The notes: generated by a model not told the origin, from the sequence alone. A stretch of DNA of 64,000 bases from an uncultured bacterium (GCA_963729625.1 CAVSOU010000007.1:256001-320000); one strand, 5' to 3'. Counted from the stretch's first letter, positions 29,846-41,693 are shown. Program-made: numbers and translations.

Positions 29846-32674
29846 CTATGACACTCCCAGTTGGGAAGCCGGGTCTTGCAGTCCGCTGAAGGCTTCGCTC
29901 ACGATTCGCGCCTGCTCGAGCTGATGGACGATTGGAGAACCTTCCGCTGGGCTGGCCCGCTCAGATCTTCCGATGTAGTCGACGTGTACGTCGCGATTGA
30001 CGATCTCGCGCAGCTGCGGCTGCATATAGCCCCAGGCGCCCATGTTTCGCGGCTCTTCCTGCAGCCAGATCACTTCGCGCGCCCGCGGATAGCTGGCGAG
30101 AACGTGGTGCAGCTCGGCGCGCGGGAACGGGTACAAGAGCTCGACTCTCACCACCGCTGCACGCTCGGCTTCAGCCTTCGCCTGGCTGCCGGCTAAATCC
30201 GCGTAGACCTTCCCCGCACAAAGAATGACTCGAGTCACGTCGCCCGCCCGGTGTCGCGCACGCTCGTCGTCGATCACTGGCTGGAACGAACCCTCTGCCA
30301 GGTCTCGCAGCGCGCTCGATGCGATCGGGTGGCGAAGCAAGCTCTTGGGCGCCATCAGAATCAGAGGCCGAGGATCGACTTCACGTAGGGCAACCTGCAG
30401 ACGCAGCAGATGGAAATACTGTGCAGCGGTCGTGCAATTGGCAACGCGCAGATTGTCGCTTGCGGAGAGCTGGAGGAAGCGTTCCAGACGGCCGCTGGAG
30501 TGCTCGGGCCCCATGCCCTCGTAGCCGTGCGGCAGCAACATGACCATCCATGGGAATTGGCGCCACTTCGCCCGTGCCGCGCTTATGAATTGGTCGATGA
30601 TCACCTGTGCGGCGTTGGCGAAATCGCCGTATTGCGCCTCCCACAGCAAGAGTGCCCCTGTCGCCTGGCCGACGTATCCGTATTCGAAACCAAGCGCCGC
30701 CGCCTCCGAAAGAGCACTGTTGTAAATGGCAAAGGACGCGCGTGCTTCCTTCAGCGAGTGCATTGGGATGTACGGCGATCCGGTCATCGCATCGTACCAG
30801 ACCATGTGGCGCTGACTGAAGGTTCCACGCTCGGAATCCTGACCAACCAGCCGAATTGGCGTGCCATCGGCAAGCAGCGAGGCAAACGCAAGCGACTCCG
30901 CATGCGCCCAATCAATTCCCCCGTCGCCCGTGACCGCATCGCGCCGCGTTTGCAGCAGTCTCTCCAACCGGGGATGCAGCATGAAGCCTAGCGGACGGTC
31001 CAGCAATTGCGTGTTGTACTGCACAAGATGGTCAGCCGGCACCGGCAGCACCGTCACTTCCGCCCGCACGCGCACTGTGCCCTCTTCACGCACGACCGGC
31101 TCTTCAGCAGTAGATAGGAGCGCCTGGAGCTCCGCCAGTGCCGACTGGAATAGCTGCTCGGAGTCCTCGAGAGGCACGATGCCGTCACGGGCGAGCGCCT
31201 TCACCCAGAGCTGCCGCACCGATGGATGTTGCCGGATGCGCTCGTACATGAGCGGCTGGGTGAACGCCGGCTCATCGCCCTCGTTGTGTCCCCAGCGCCG
31301 ATAGCCGACAAGATCGATCAAGAAATCCTTCTTGAATCTTCTTCGATACGCGCAGGCAAGACTCGCGGCGGCCAAGCAGGCTTCTGGGTCGTCTGCATTG
31401 ACGTGAACGATCGGGATCTCGAAGCCTTTCGCAAGGTCGCTCGCGTACAACGTCGAGCGTGCGTCCTTTGAGCCTGTCGTGAACCCGAGCTGATTGTTGG
31501 CGATGATATGTATAGTGCCTCCCGTGCGATACCCGGCCAGTCCCGACAGATTGAGCGTCTCACCGACAATCCCTTCGCCCGGGAACGCGGCGTCTCCATG
31601 AATGACGATGGATAGCGCGGCATCGAAGTCCTGCGTTGGGAAACCGGGCGCACTCCGCCGCTCCTGTAGCGCTCGCGTCATGCCTTGAATGACGGGATTC
31701 ACAAACTCCAGGTGACTCGGGTTGGGTGCGAGAGTCACTCGCACGTGCACCGATTCGCCGTCCGTTACTGTCGTCTGGTGCCCGAGGTGATAGCGCACGT
31801 CGCCAGTCCAGCCATAGTGAGCAAAGTGCTCGGTGGGCGAGGTCGTGGCACTGCCGGTGACGCGATGGAACTCCGAAAGGATCCGCGCGTATGGCTTGCC
31901 CAGCACATGCGCGAGCACGTTCAAACGTCCGCGATGCGCCATGCCCATGACGACCTCGGTCGTGCCGCCGGCAGCGGCGTTGCGGACAATGGAGTCGAGC
32001 ATCGGCACCAGCATATCGGCACCCTCGATCGAGAAGCGTTTCTGGCCCGGCAGCGCCCGATGCAGAAAAGCCTCAAAGGCCTCGATCTCCGTGAGCCTGT
32101 GCAGCAACTCTATTCGAGCCTCCGCATTGAGCGGCTGGCGGAATCGTCCGGACTCGATAGCGTCGCGAATCCAGGTCCGTTCCGCGTGAACCTGAATGTG
32201 GGCAATGTCGTAACCGGTGGTGCCGCAGTATATCTCGCGCAACGCAGTGATGACGTCCCCCGCGTTACGAGCCGAAAACGACACTGGGCCCTTGATCACC
32301 GAAGCTGGCATCTCGACCAGGTCGGCAGGCTCCACGCCGGAACCTTCGAGGTCCATGGTGGGATCGCCGGGCGGCTCGCTGCCGAGTGGATCGAGGTGAG
32401 CGGCAAGGTGCCCGCGGCTGCGAATCGTGCGCGCAATATGCGAGAGTCGGGTAATCCGGGCGATATCCCGTGGATCGGCGATCGACAGCGCGTGCCCGTT
32501 TGTTGCGGCATGGCCGTTGCCACTTGCTTGCTCGGTTGGCGCGTCGAGTGGGCTCCAATGGGCGAAGAGACTGCGATCGGCACTGTCTACCGACGAAGGA
32601 TCCGCGAGATAGCGATCGTAGAGCTCGAGCACATAGCCGGCATTTGGGCCGTGGAAGGATTCAAGTTTGTCCAT
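29846..32674 (-). CDS. sucA: 2-oxoglutarate dehydrogenase E1
   Basis: [58 protein letters not shown]. Confidence 0.96.
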   Translation of the reverse strand: MDKLESFHGPNAGYVLELYDRYLADPSSVDSADRSLFAHWSPLDAPTEQASGNGHAATNGHALSIADPRDIARITRLSHIARTIRSRGHLAAHLDPLGSEPPGDPTMDLEGSGVEPADLVEMPASVIKGPVSFSARNAGDVITALREIYCGTTGYDIAHIQVHAERTWIRDAIESGRFRQPLNAEARIELLHRLTEIEAFEAFLHRALPGQKRFSIEGADMLVPMLDSIVRNAAAGGTTEVVMGMAHRGRLNVLAHVLGKPYARILSEFHRVTGSATTSPTEHFAHYGWTGDVRYHLGHQTTVTDGESVHVRVTLAPNPSHLEFVNPVIQGMTRALQERRSAPGFPTQDFDAALSIVIHGDAAFPGEGIVGETLNLSGLAGYRTGGTIHIIANNQLGFTTGSKDARSTLYASDLAKGFEIPIVHVNADDPEACLAAASLACAYRRRFKKDFLIDLVGYRRWGHNEGDEPAFTQPLMYERIRQHPSVRQLWVKALARDGIVPLEDSEQLFQSALAELQALLSTAEEPVVREEGTVRVRAEVTVLPVPADHLVQYNTQLLDRPLGFMLHPRLERLLQTRRDAVTGDGGIDWAHAESLAFASLLADGTPIRLVGQDSERGTFSQRHMVWYDAMTGSPYIPMHSLKEARASFAIYNSALSEAAALGFEYGYVGQATGALLLWEAQYGDFANAAQVIIDQFISAARAKWRQFPWMVMLLPHGYEGMGPEHSSGRLERFLQLSASDNLRVANCTTAAQYFHLLRLQVALREVDPRPLILMAPKSLLRHPIASSALRDLAEGSFQPVIDDERARHRAGDVTRVILCAGKVYADLAGSQAKAEAERAAVVRVELLYPFPRAELHHVLASYPRAREVIWLQEEPRNMGAWGYMQPQLREIVNRDVHVDYIGRSERASPAEGSPIVHQLEQARIVSEAFSGLQDPASQLGVS

Positions 32675-32969
32675 GCATTATCTACCGATCTCGGCAGCGA
32701 GACTGGAACCATCGCGGCATCTCCGTACGCCGTCGAACTGCATCCATTCTACCAAGCATCATGCCACACAACCTGCGCGTTTGGGGCAGGAGTTGCCGAG
32801 CGCCCGCCAAATGCTGCATCATGTCGTGTGGAGCCGGGAAGTCTGTCTGTGCGCACTACATACGCGGAGCTCTCACAAGCCGGCGAGGGAGATCCGTGGC
32901 GCTGAGCGCCGCGGACTCACCGAGAATTGTTCTGTTTTTGCGGAGACGTTTTAGAAGGAGCAGTGTATC

Positions 32970-33983
32970 ATGTCGACTCGCATTGGTATTAACGGATTTG
33001 GCCGCATCGGGCGTCAGACGCTTCGCGCGGTTCTCGAGCGTCACCCAGAAGAGCTCGAGATCGTTGCGCTCAACGACCTGACCGACACCAAGACCAACGC
33101 GCATCTTTTCAAGTATGACACCACGTACGGAACGTTCCCTGGCCATGTCGCCGCCGAGGAAAGCTCCATCAGCGTCGACGGCAAGAGCATCGCGGTGTTG
33201 GCTCATCGCGATCCGGCTGAGATCCCGTGGAGCAAGTACGGGGTGGAGATCGTCGTCGAGTCCACTGGCCTGTTTACCGCTGCCGACAAGGCCAGGGCGC
33301 ACTTGCATGATGGCGTCAAGAAGGTGATCATCTCGGCGCCCGCCAAGGGCGAGGACCTCACCGTCGTGCTCGGCGTCAACGAAAACACCTATGATCCGGC
33401 GAAGCACAACATCATCTCCAACGCCAGCTGCACCACGAATTGCCTCGCGCCCGCCGCCAAGGTAGTGAACGACAACTTCACGATCGTTCGCGGCCTGATG
33501 AACACGATCCACTCGTACACGAACGACCAGAAGATTCTCGATCAGGTGCACCGCGATCTTCGCCGTGCCCGCGCGGCGGCCGCCAACATTATTCCCACGT
33601 CGACTGGAGCCGCGAAGGCTCTGGCCCTGGTGATTCCGGAGCTGAAAGGCAAGTTCGACGGCTTCTCGCTGCGCGTTCCTACGCTGACCGTGTCGGTTGT
33701 CGACTTCACCGCTGAGATCGAGAAGAGCGCGACGGTCGCGGATCTCAACGCCGCCTTCAAGGCAGCTGCCGAGGGCTCCCTCAAGGGTTATCTCGGCTAC
33801 AGCGACGAGCCGCTTGTGTCTTCCGACTTCCGTGGCGACTCGCGCAGCTCGATCATCGACGCCCTGTCGACCATGTCTCTCGGCGGCAATTTCATCAAGG
33901 TCATCGCCTGGTACGACAACGAGTGGGGCTATGCCTGCCGCGTCAGCGACCTCGCTTCGTTCATAGCCGGCAAGGGACTCTAG
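32970..33983 (+). CDS. gap: Glyceraldehyde-3-phosphate dehydrogenase, type I
   Basis: [28 protein letters not shown]. Confidence 0.98.
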   Translation: MSTRIGINGFGRIGRQTLRAVLERHPEELEIVALNDLTDTKTNAHLFKYDTTYGTFPGHVAAEESSISVDGKSIAVLAHRDPAEIPWSKYGVEIVVESTGLFTAADKARAHLHDGVKKVIISAPAKGEDLTVVLGVNENTYDPAKHNIISNASCTTNCLAPAAKVVNDNFTIVRGLMNTIHSYTNDQKILDQVHRDLRRARAAAANIIPTSTGAAKALALVIPELKGKFDGFSLRVPTLTVSVVDFTAEIEKSATVADLNAAFKAAAEGSLKGYLGYSDEPLVSSDFRGDSRSSIIDALSTMSLGGNFIKVIAWYDNEWGYACRVSDLASFIAGKGL

Positions 33984-34025
33984 GCATACCCTTCGAGTGA
34001 ATTCAGTTCAGAAGGGATCCTGATC

Positions 34026-35213
34026 ATGGCAAAGAAGAGCGTTCGCGATGTGGACGTGAGCGGCAAGCGTGTTCTCGTGCGCGCCGACCTCAATGCTCCC
34101 CAGCGCGAAGATGGCTCGGTATCAGACGATACCCGGCTGCGCGCCACGAGGCCCACGCTGCAGTACCTCCGCACGCACGGCGCGCGTATAGTTCTCATGT
34201 CCCATCTTGGCCGGCCGAAGGGCAAGGTAGACGAAAGATTCCGTATGGCGCCGATTGCCGCCAGGCTTTCCGAGATTCTCGGACAGGCAGTTATCACCGC
34301 GCCAGACTGTGTTGGACCTGAGGTCGAAGCTCTTGCCGCAAAGCTAGAGCCGGGCCAGGTGCTGCTACTGGAGAACCTGCGCTTCCATAAGGAAGAAGAG
34401 GCCAACGATCCTGAGTTCGCCAGGTCCCTTGCCAGGCTGGGCGACATCTATGTCAACGACGCGTTTGGCACCGCGCATCGCGCCCATGCGTCGACCGAAG
34501 GCGTGACGCACTATTTACCCTCCGTAGCAGGGCTGCTCATGCAGAAGGAGCTCGACGCGCTCGGCAATCTTGTCGAGAATCCTGCTCGACCGTTCGCGGC
34601 GGTCATCGGAGGCGCGAAGGTATCCTCGAAGCTGGCCGTCCTGAAGAATCTCCTCCAAAAGGTCGATATCTTGATCATCGGCGGCGGCATGGCCGGCACG
34701 TTCCTGAAGGCGAGGGGCCTCGAGATCGGCAACTCACTGCTCGAATCCGATCTCGTCGAGGAAGCAAGAGCCATTGAAGCGGCGGCGGCGGCGCGGGGAG
34801 TGAAGTTCTTGCTTCCGGTGGACACCGTGATTGGCAACAAGTTCGCTGCCGATGCTGAGTCGAAAGTTGTCCCCGCCGGTGAGGTGCCCGCGGGCTGGCA
34901 ACAGCTCGACATCGGACCTGAGACGATCCGGCTGTTCGAAGAAGCCCTTGCCGGGTGCAAGACCATTCTGTGGAACGGGCCGCTAGGTGTCTTCGAGTTT
35001 GCGCCGTTCGCCGTCGGCACCAACGCCATCGCGGCCTTTCTGGCACGGAGCAGCGCCGTGACGGTCGTTGGCGGTGGCGATTCGGTAGCAGCTCTGGAAG
35101 GTCAGGGGCTTGCCTCCAAGATGACGCATGTCTCCACGGGGGGCGGCGCCAGCCTGGAGTTCCTGGAAGGCCGGGTGCTGCCCGGCGTGGCGGCATTGGA
35201 GGACCACTCATGA
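34026..35213 (+). CDS. pgk: Phosphoglycerate kinase
   Basis: [38 protein letters not shown]. Confidence 0.98.
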   Translation: MAKKSVRDVDVSGKRVLVRADLNAPQREDGSVSDDTRLRATRPTLQYLRTHGARIVLMSHLGRPKGKVDERFRMAPIAARLSEILGQAVITAPDCVGPEVEALAAKLEPGQVLLLENLRFHKEEEANDPEFARSLARLGDIYVNDAFGTAHRAHASTEGVTHYLPSVAGLLMQKELDALGNLVENPARPFAAVIGGAKVSSKLAVLKNLLQKVDILIIGGGMAGTFLKARGLEIGNSLLESDLVEEARAIEAAAAARGVKFLLPVDTVIGNKFAADAESKVVPAGEVPAGWQQLDIGPETIRLFEEALAGCKTILWNGPLGVFEFAPFAVGTNAIAAFLARSSAVTVVGGGDSVAALEGQGLASKMTHVSTGGGASLEFLEGRVLPGVAALEDHS

Positions 35214-35974
35214 GTGCTTCCACGCGGCGGCCGATCGTGGCTGCAAACTGGAAGATGAATACGTCACCGGCAGACGCGGGTGACCTCGCGAAGAAAATCG
35301 TGGAGGCAACCGCGGCTACCCGGCAGGTCGAGGTAGTCATCTGCCCGCCCGCCATCTCGCTTGTCGCCGTTCGCGACGCCGTCAATGGCGCCGTCGGGGT
35401 CGGCGCGCAGAACATACATTGGAAGGATTCTGGCGCCTTCACGGGCGAGATCTCCGCTCCGATGCTCAAGGGAGTAGCGACCTATACGATCATCGGCCAC
35501 TCCGAGCGGCGACAGTACTTTGGAGAGACAGACGAGACCGTGCACGACAAAGTGCGCGCCGCACTCACACACGGGATCAAGCCCATCGTGTGCGTCGGCG
35601 AAACTCTCAAGCAGCGCGAGGCCGGGATCACTGCCGACCTGGTCGCCTTGCAGGTGCGCAGCGCACTCCATGGCGTAACTTCTGAGGAGCTCGTAAGTAT
35701 CGTCGTCGCCTACGAGCCCGTATGGGCCATCGGCACGGGCCTCGCGGCCACCAGTACCGATGCGAATGCTGTGGCCATGGTCATCCGCAACGTCCTTGCC
35801 GACCTCGGGGGAAGTGCGGCTGCCGCGGCTGTCCGCATTCAGTATGGCGGCAGTGTGACTGCCGCTAATGGCCCGGATTACTTGCAGACGTCTGACATCG
35901 ACGGCGCCTTGGTCGGTGGCGCCAGCCTCAAACCCCTCGACTTCGCTGGCATTGTGAAGTCGGCCGCTCGCTAG
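35210..35974 (+). CDS. tpiA: Triosephosphate isomerase
   Basis: [35 protein letters not shown]. Confidence 0.98.
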   Translation: MSASTRRPIVAANWKMNTSPADAGDLAKKIVEATAATRQVEVVICPPAISLVAVRDAVNGAVGVGAQNIHWKDSGAFTGEISAPMLKGVATYTIIGHSERRQYFGETDETVHDKVRAALTHGIKPIVCVGETLKQREAGITADLVALQVRSALHGVTSEELVSIVVAYEPVWAIGTGLAATSTDANAVAMVIRNVLADLGGSAAAAAVRIQYGGSVTAANGPDYLQTSDIDGALVGGASLKPLDFAGIVKSAAR

Positions 35975-35990
35975 GACCTCAGAGTATCAC

Positions 35991-36016
35991 GCATGCGGAG
36001 CGTGGGCTCCGCATGC
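35991..36016 (+). terminator. Stem-loop after tpiA
   Basis: gcatgcggagc-gtgg-gctccgcatgc; no U tract. Confidence 0.4.
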
Positions 36017-36111
36017 GTGATGGCCATTCACCGGTGAGACGCATGACACCCAATTCAGGCCATGTCTCCGGCCGTCCTGGAGACGTTTCGGCGCAACCAT
36101 GGCAGGCGCCC

Positions 36112-36873
36112 ATGCTTGCCGACGCTCAAATCAGGCAGTCGTTAGCGGCCGGCGCCGTGCCGCGTACGTCTGGGGCCGCAGTACAGGGACGACCGGCTTC
36201 CCGCGATCTGGGCGTGATCTGGGACCTCGACGGCACGCTCGCGGATACCGAATATACTCATTTCCTGGCCTGGCAGGCGATATGCCGCAAGTACGGCCAG
36301 GTCCTGACCTGGGAGACCTTCAAGCCGACATTTGGTCTGGGCAATCCGGATGCCCTGCGCCTGCTGATCGCCGGAGATCTGACGGACGACGACGTGCAGC
36401 GTCTGAGCGACGAGAAGGAAGCATTGTTCAGGGACAATGCCGGTGCCCTCGGGTCGATGCCGGGAGCCCTCGAATTGGCGCGACACCTGCACGCTCTCTC
36501 GATCCCTCAGGCCATCGGTTCGTCGGCCCCGCCCGAGAACATCCCGCACGTGTTGGGGATTCTCGAGGTTTCCGATCTCTTTGAGGCAACTGTCTCGCGC
36601 TGGGACGTTGAGAGAGGCAAGCCGGCGCCGGACATCTTTCTAGCTGCGGCCGATAAGATCGGCGTGCCGCCGATGGGATGCATCGTACTGGAGGATGCTC
36701 CGGCCGGTATAGCAGCAGCCCGCGCCGGCGGCATGCACTCTATTGCACTTGTAGGCACGTGGCCGGAAGACGCGCTGCACGCCGCCGACTACATGGTTCG
36801 TACGCTTGCGGATGTACTCTGGGACCGCGAGATGTACGCCAGGTTTGCAGCGGGGACCTGGAAGCCGTCGTAA
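36112..36873 (+). CDS. HAD-superfamily IA phosphatase (beta-PGM-like)
   Basis: WDLDGTLADT, GSS, GKPAPDIF, EDAPAG; start uncertain (36013-36112). Confidence 0.85.
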   Translation: MLADAQIRQSLAAGAVPRTSGAAVQGRPASRDLGVIWDLDGTLADTEYTHFLAWQAICRKYGQVLTWETFKPTFGLGNPDALRLLIAGDLTDDDVQRLSDEKEALFRDNAGALGSMPGALELARHLHALSIPQAIGSSAPPENIPHVLGILEVSDLFEATVSRWDVERGKPAPDIFLAAADKIGVPPMGCIVLEDAPAGIAAARAGGMHSIALVGTWPEDALHAADYMVRTLADVLWDREMYARFAAGTWKPS

Positions 36874-36961
36874 CCCCAAACCTGAAGCTGCAGTAGGGAG
36901 TCGCAGGCTCGACTGCTTCCAGATCGCGTGAGCGCTGACCGGCTGCTCGTGACGGACGCGA

Positions 36962-37573
36962 CTACTTCAAGCCCGCATAGCTGGGCTGATGCATGAGCGT
37001 TATGTCCGGCAACGGCCAGTACGAAAGCCATGCTCGGCCAATCACATTGCCGATCGGGAGAAGGCCCCACTCGTGCGAGTCGCTGGAGTTATTGCGATTA
37101 TCGCCCATCACGTAGAGGTCGCCCTTGGGCACCTGAACGTCGCAGTAATTGCACTCCGACATCGAGTAGTCGGGCTCGGCCGCGACATACGGTTCGCTCA
37201 GCTGCACGTTGTTCACGTAGACATGTGCGTTGCGGATCACCACATGATCTCCGGCGACGCCTATCACTCGCTTTATGTAGTCGAGGCTGGGGTCCCGCGG
37301 ATACTCAAATACCACGACGTCGCCGCGTTCCGGAGAGTGGAATCGGTAGGTCACCTTGTCGACGAGAATGTATTCACCATTGTGAAAGGTCGGCTCCATG
37401 CTCTGTCCTTCAACCGTGAAGGGCTGCAGCGAGAAGCGGGCGGCGAGAAACAAAGCCACCGTGATAAGCACGGTCTCGAGAAGTTCCACCACGATCTTCC
37501 GTCTTGGGGCACGCGAAGGAGGCGTGGCGGCGGGCTGGCTGGGGTAGGCGGGTGGCACGGGTACTATCGTCAA
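36962..37573 (-). CDS. lepB: Signal peptidase I
   Basis: One TM helix, GQSMEPT (Ser), DYIKRVIG (Lys), MGDNRNNSSDS. Confidence 0.92.
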   Translation of the reverse strand: MTIVPVPPAYPSQPAATPPSRAPRRKIVVELLETVLITVALFLAARFSLQPFTVEGQSMEPTFHNGEYILVDKVTYRFHSPERGDVVVFEYPRDPSLDYIKRVIGVAGDHVVIRNAHVYVNNVQLSEPYVAAEPDYSMSECNYCDVQVPKGDLYVMGDNRNNSSDSHEWGLLPIGNVIGRAWLSYWPLPDITLMHQPSYAGLK

Positions 37574-37653
37574 TCTCCTCGCAGCGTCAATCGGGCAGCT
37601 TGCGCGCTACCGTACGTTCGGGCCGGGCGCCAGCACAAGATCGATCCAGGCGG

Positions 37654-37726
37654 TGCTCCGGAAGGGACTCGAACCCCTGGCACACGGTTCCGAAGACCGT
37701 TGCTCTATCCACTGAGCTACCGGAGC
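37654..37726 (-). tRNA. tRNA-Arg(UCG)
   Basis: Minus strand gctccggtagctcagtggatagagcaacggtcTTCGGAaccgt...ggttcgagtcccttccggagca; loop CT-TCG-GA; A20 present; CCA not encoded. Confidence 0.9.
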
Positions 37727-37734
37727 ATGATGGA

Positions 37735-37763
37735 AGTATACTTGGCAAAAGGCCCACGGTCCA
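37735..37763 (-). promoter_or_regulatory. Promoter of tRNA-Arg
   Basis: TGGACC-17-TATACT ending 8 nt before the tRNA 5' end. Confidence 0.55.
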
Positions 37764-38133
37764 CCACGCTCGTCTCTCCCTCAACGCTCCTCCGGAGGCC
37801 GAAGGGCACGTAGTCGACTCTTAATCATTCAAACGCTACCTGTGCGAACCCCATCGTTTCGGCGATTCGGCCCTCTGCCGCATACACCAGGTTGTATTGG
37901 TAGTCTGTCTCATAGAGTGCCGGGATCGGTCACACCTGAGACCGCGGCCCCGTGGCAGCCGCTGTGGCACTGCGGTGCCGGGCGTGGAGGCCGACCGCAG
38001 CCGCGGATTGAGGTCAATTCTTTGGACGTCCGGAGCAGTCACCGCAGAGTGCCGGCGTTGCCATCCGCGAGCCGCTGGTGCAGGTTCCCCAATCGGGTGG
38101 CTGCCAAACAATCATAGCACCGACCACGGATAC

Positions 38134-38661
38134 CTAGTGCAGAAGTGTGACGTCTGGCACGGGCCAGTATGCGAACATCGCCCGTCCCTCGACGTTGCTT
38201 ATAGGCACGAAACCCCAGACGTGGGAATCACTCGAGTTGTCACGGTTGTCGCCGAGGACATACAGATAACCCTTGGGCACGCGAACGTCGCAGAAGCTGC
38301 ACTGCGACTGCGCGTAGTCAGGTGGGTTGGCGATATACGTTTCGGAAAGCTGTCGCCCGTTGACGTACACGTGGCCTCCGGAGACCACGACGTGGTCGCC
38401 GGCAATGCCAATCACGCGCTTGATATAATCCTGACTGGGATCCTTGGGGAACTTGAAGACGATGATGTCGCCGCGCTGCGGACTGTGCAGCATGTAGGAG
38501 ACCTTGTCGAGCATGACCCACTCGTTGTTATGCAGCGTTGGCTCCATACTCTGGCCGTCCACGATTCGGGGCGATATCGTGGAATGAACTCCCAGGTAGA
38601 TCAGCGTCGTGACAATCGCGATTTGCACAAGCTCTTTGATCGCCTTTGCGGATAATCTCAT
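38134..38661 (-). CDS. lepB: Signal peptidase I (second paralogue)
   Basis: GQSMEPT, DYIKRVIG, LGDNRDNSSDS; collinear with 36962..37573. Confidence 0.92.
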   Translation of the reverse strand: MRLSAKAIKELVQIAIVTTLIYLGVHSTISPRIVDGQSMEPTLHNNEWVMLDKVSYMLHSPQRGDIIVFKFPKDPSQDYIKRVIGIAGDHVVVSGGHVYVNGRQLSETYIANPPDYAQSQCSFCDVRVPKGYLYVLGDNRDNSSDSHVWGFVPISNVEGRAMFAYWPVPDVTLLH

Positions 38662-38996
38662 CGGTGTCAGCCCTCGTTTCGGTTTCGCGCCACCGTCAGA
38701 CGCGATAGTACCGCACCTTCCACTCTCAGACCGTAGCCCAATCGTCCGCATGCATCAAGCCGCGCAGGTTACCGTCTTGTTAAGCTTTGGCAATCTCAGG
38801 CCGCCACCTGGTTGCGAGCGGCACAGGCAAGAAGGCCGAACACCACAAACCGAGCTGTCCAACCGATGATGCCGAGCCACCCCAACTGTGCTGTACACTC
38901 CATAGAGGCTAATAGCCGACCGCGGGCGTCGCCACGCGCACGGTTATCGAGATCGTCGAGCTGCCGGTTCTTCAGGCAAATACGGAGCACGCCTAG

Positions 38997-40034
38997 ATGG
39001 CTCAGCGCATTTATCGCGTCCTCATTGCAGATGATTCCGCCGTGATGCGGCGCCTCTTGCTGACCACGCTCGAGGTCGAGCCGGACTTGCGTGTGGTCGG
39101 CGCCGCGCGTGATGGGGCGGAAGCTGTCCGCTTGTGTCTGTCGCTTCGCCCCGATGTGGTGATCATGGACATCAACATGCCTATCATGGACGGGCTGCAG
39201 GCCACGCAGAAGATCATGGAGACAGTGGCTGTACCGATTGTCGTTCTCAGTGGCTATGTCGGAGATCCGTCCTCGCAAATGGCATTCGAAGCGATACGCG
39301 CGGGAGCGCTCGCCGTGGTCGCAAAACCGACAGGCCCGGACGAGCCGGAGTATCGCCGCATGCACGATGAGCTGGTGCAGGCAGTGCGCAGCATGGCCGG
39401 GGTCAAAGTCGTTCAGCGCAAACCTGCGTCGACAAGCCCTATTGCCCCAATGGCGGCACACAGCACGCCAACTCACGTCCGAGCCGTCGGCGTCGTGGCT
39501 GCCACTGGAGGTCCTGCAGCCCTGCATTTCTTGCTTCGGAGGCTGCCGCACAATTTTCCGGCACCGATTCTCATCGTGCAGCACATCACCCTTGGGTTTG
39601 TACCCGGCCTCGTGGAGTGGCTTGGCAACGACACCAAGATGCAGGTGCGCCTGGGGCAAGCGGGAGTAGTTCCGCAACCCGGCCAGGTGCTGTTCGCACC
39701 CGACGACACGCACATGATTGTGGATAGTGGTGGGGTGCTCGCGTTTTCGGATGAGGGCCCGGTTGACGGGCACCGGCCTTCCGGGACAGTCTTGTTGCGC
39801 TCGCTGGCGCGTACCTACGGTGCGCAGGCGGTCGGTGTCGTACTTACGGGCATGGGCACCGATGGCGCCGACGGCTTGAACAGCATTCGCATTGCGGGCG
39901 GCCAGACTATTGCCCAGGATGAAGCTACCAGCGTAGTCTATGGCATGCCGCGTGAGGCCGTTGCGATTGGAGCGGCGCAGGAGATTCTGTCGCTCGAAAG
40001 AATTGTGGCACATCTGCTCTCCGTTGTTCCGTAA
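38997..40034 (+). CDS. cheB: CheB-type REC + methylesterase protein, catalytic Ser replaced by Ala
   Basis: REC (IADDS, MDINMP, KP) plus AATGGP, VQHI, LTGMGTDGA, QDEATSVVYGMP. Confidence 0.88.
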   Translation: MAQRIYRVLIADDSAVMRRLLLTTLEVEPDLRVVGAARDGAEAVRLCLSLRPDVVIMDINMPIMDGLQATQKIMETVAVPIVVLSGYVGDPSSQMAFEAIRAGALAVVAKPTGPDEPEYRRMHDELVQAVRSMAGVKVVQRKPASTSPIAPMAAHSTPTHVRAVGVVAATGGPAALHFLLRRLPHNFPAPILIVQHITLGFVPGLVEWLGNDTKMQVRLGQAGVVPQPGQVLFAPDDTHMIVDSGGVLAFSDEGPVDGHRPSGTVLLRSLARTYGAQAVGVVLTGMGTDGADGLNSIRIAGGQTIAQDEATSVVYGMPREAVAIGAAQEILSLERIVAHLLSVVP

Positions 40035-40251
40035 CACGATTCTAAAGATTACAATGTATTCTCTAGCGAACGTGTCTAGGTCGTAGTCCCTATGTCCCAA
40101 CAGATCAGACGTCGCGAGATGGGCGCGGCAAGGCGTACTATGAGAGACTGCGGCTGCGCGCTCGCGCTGGTCATGTGCGGTGCGACGAACCGCAGCACGA
40201 CGGGCGCGGCAACCTGCCACGCTTGAGCCGCATGAGGGGGAGGATACAAGA

Positions 40252-41688
40252 TTGCAGCACGGCTCACTAATCTGGCAGCGGGTACTTGCCGAACTGCAGA
40301 GCTTCATCACCCCAGAGAACTTCAAACAGTGGCTACAGAATACACGTTGCGTCTCGTACGAGGGCTCGGTGATTACGGTCGGTGTCCCCAACGCTTTCAA
40401 CAAACTCTATCTGGAACAGCGGCTCGCCAAACATATCGACAAGGCGATGCAAACCCTCGATTTTGGCCACATCAAATTGCAGTACTCAATTGTCGCAGAC
40501 GAGGCCGTTGCGCAGGATGCACTGAACGGACACAGACAGCGCGCCGGTGGCCTGCGGGGAGACTATGGCACCCCTGCCCGAGTTAGCCGGGCCGCTCGTG
40601 GTGAGCCCTCTCCCGGCGCCCCGATGCTGGCGCCGTTCTTCACCAATCAGGCCTCACAGCTTAATCCTCGCTACGTGTTTGAAACGTTCATTCAGGGCAG
40701 TACCAATCGGTTCGCGTACGCGGCAAGCATGAGCGTTGCCGAAAATCCCGCGCATCGCTACAACCCACTGTTCATCTGGGGAAGTGTCGGCCTCGGCAAG
40801 ACTCACCTGCTACACGCCATCGGCCACGAGGCCCTGAGAACACATGGACACCTTGAAGTGCTGTACACCTCGTCCGAACAGTTCATGAATGAAATGATCG
40901 CGGCAATTCAGAAGAGCAGAACGGAAGAGTTCCGCAGCCGTTATCGATACGTAGACATTCTGCTCATCGACGACATCCAATTCATCGCCGGAAAGGAAAG
41001 CACGCAGGAGGAATTCTTTCATACCTTCAATGCGCTGCATGAAGCCCAGAAGCAGATCGTGATGACCAGTGACCGGCATCCGAAGGCAATGACGACGCTC
41101 GAGGATCGGCTGCGGTCTCGCTTTGAATGGGGGCTGATCGCCGACGTACAACCACCCGACCTCGAGCACCGCATCGCAATTCTGCAGGCAAAGGCCGAGC
41201 TGCAGTCGGTCCCAATCCCGAAGAGCGTCATCGACTACATCGCGAAGCGTGTGCAGAACAATGTGCGAGAACTCGAGGGTACGCTCACACGAATCACGCA
41301 TATGGCAAGTGTCCAGGACGTGCCCGTGACGCTCGAGCTGGCCTCCAGCGCGCTGGAAGCCGCGTCTGGCGGTGTCCGCCGGTCGGCCCCCACCCTCGAC
41401 GAAGTGATGGACGCCGTCCTCAACTACTACAAGGTCGACCGTCAGAGCATGCTCGGCGCGTCTCGAGAGCGAGCGATCGCGCTGCCGAGGCAAGTTGCAA
41501 TGTTCCTGATGCGCGAAGAATCCAATTGCTCGTTGCCGAGAATCGGCGCGTACCTGGGTAATCGCGACCATAGTACAGTTGTGCATGGCTGTGACAAAGT
41601 AGCAATTGAGCTGAAGAATGAAAATGTGCAGATCCGCAAGGATGTCGCCGCCATTCGCGGCCTGCTCTACGAGTCGCGCGAACGCTGA
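40252..41688 (+). CDS. dnaA: Chromosomal replication initiator DnaA
   Basis: Domain I (W..VLAELQ...F.QW), YNPLFIWGSVGLGKTHL, LLIDDIQF, NVRELEG, domain IV RQVAMFL...RDHSTV; TTG start after GGAGG. Confidence 0.95.
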   Translation: MQHGSLIWQRVLAELQSFITPENFKQWLQNTRCVSYEGSVITVGVPNAFNKLYLEQRLAKHIDKAMQTLDFGHIKLQYSIVADEAVAQDALNGHRQRAGGLRGDYGTPARVSRAARGEPSPGAPMLAPFFTNQASQLNPRYVFETFIQGSTNRFAYAASMSVAENPAHRYNPLFIWGSVGLGKTHLLHAIGHEALRTHGHLEVLYTSSEQFMNEMIAAIQKSRTEEFRSRYRYVDILLIDDIQFIAGKESTQEEFFHTFNALHEAQKQIVMTSDRHPKAMTTLEDRLRSRFEWGLIADVQPPDLEHRIAILQAKAELQSVPIPKSVIDYIAKRVQNNVRELEGTLTRITHMASVQDVPVTLELASSALEAASGGVRRSAPTLDEVMDAVLNYYKVDRQSMLGASRERAIALPRQVAMFLMREESNCSLPRIGAYLGNRDHSTVVHGCDKVAIELKNENVQIRKDVAAIRGLLYESRER

Positions 41689-41693
41689 CGGTT

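Noticed and set aside
37824-38130. Possible degraded small gene between the lepB copies (...ALYETDYQYNLVYAAEGRIAETMGFAQVAFE*)
   Set aside because: In-frame stop just upstream, no start or SD, no recognisable homology
40035-40251. oriC next to dnaA
   Set aside because: Only a short AT-richer patch; no DnaA-box cluster recognisable
38796-40403. Long antisense ORFs (this 535-aa one, also 9421..10590, 11618..13000 and 31685..32905)
   Set aside because: Shadow frames of well-supported genes in GC-rich DNA, with no motifs of their own
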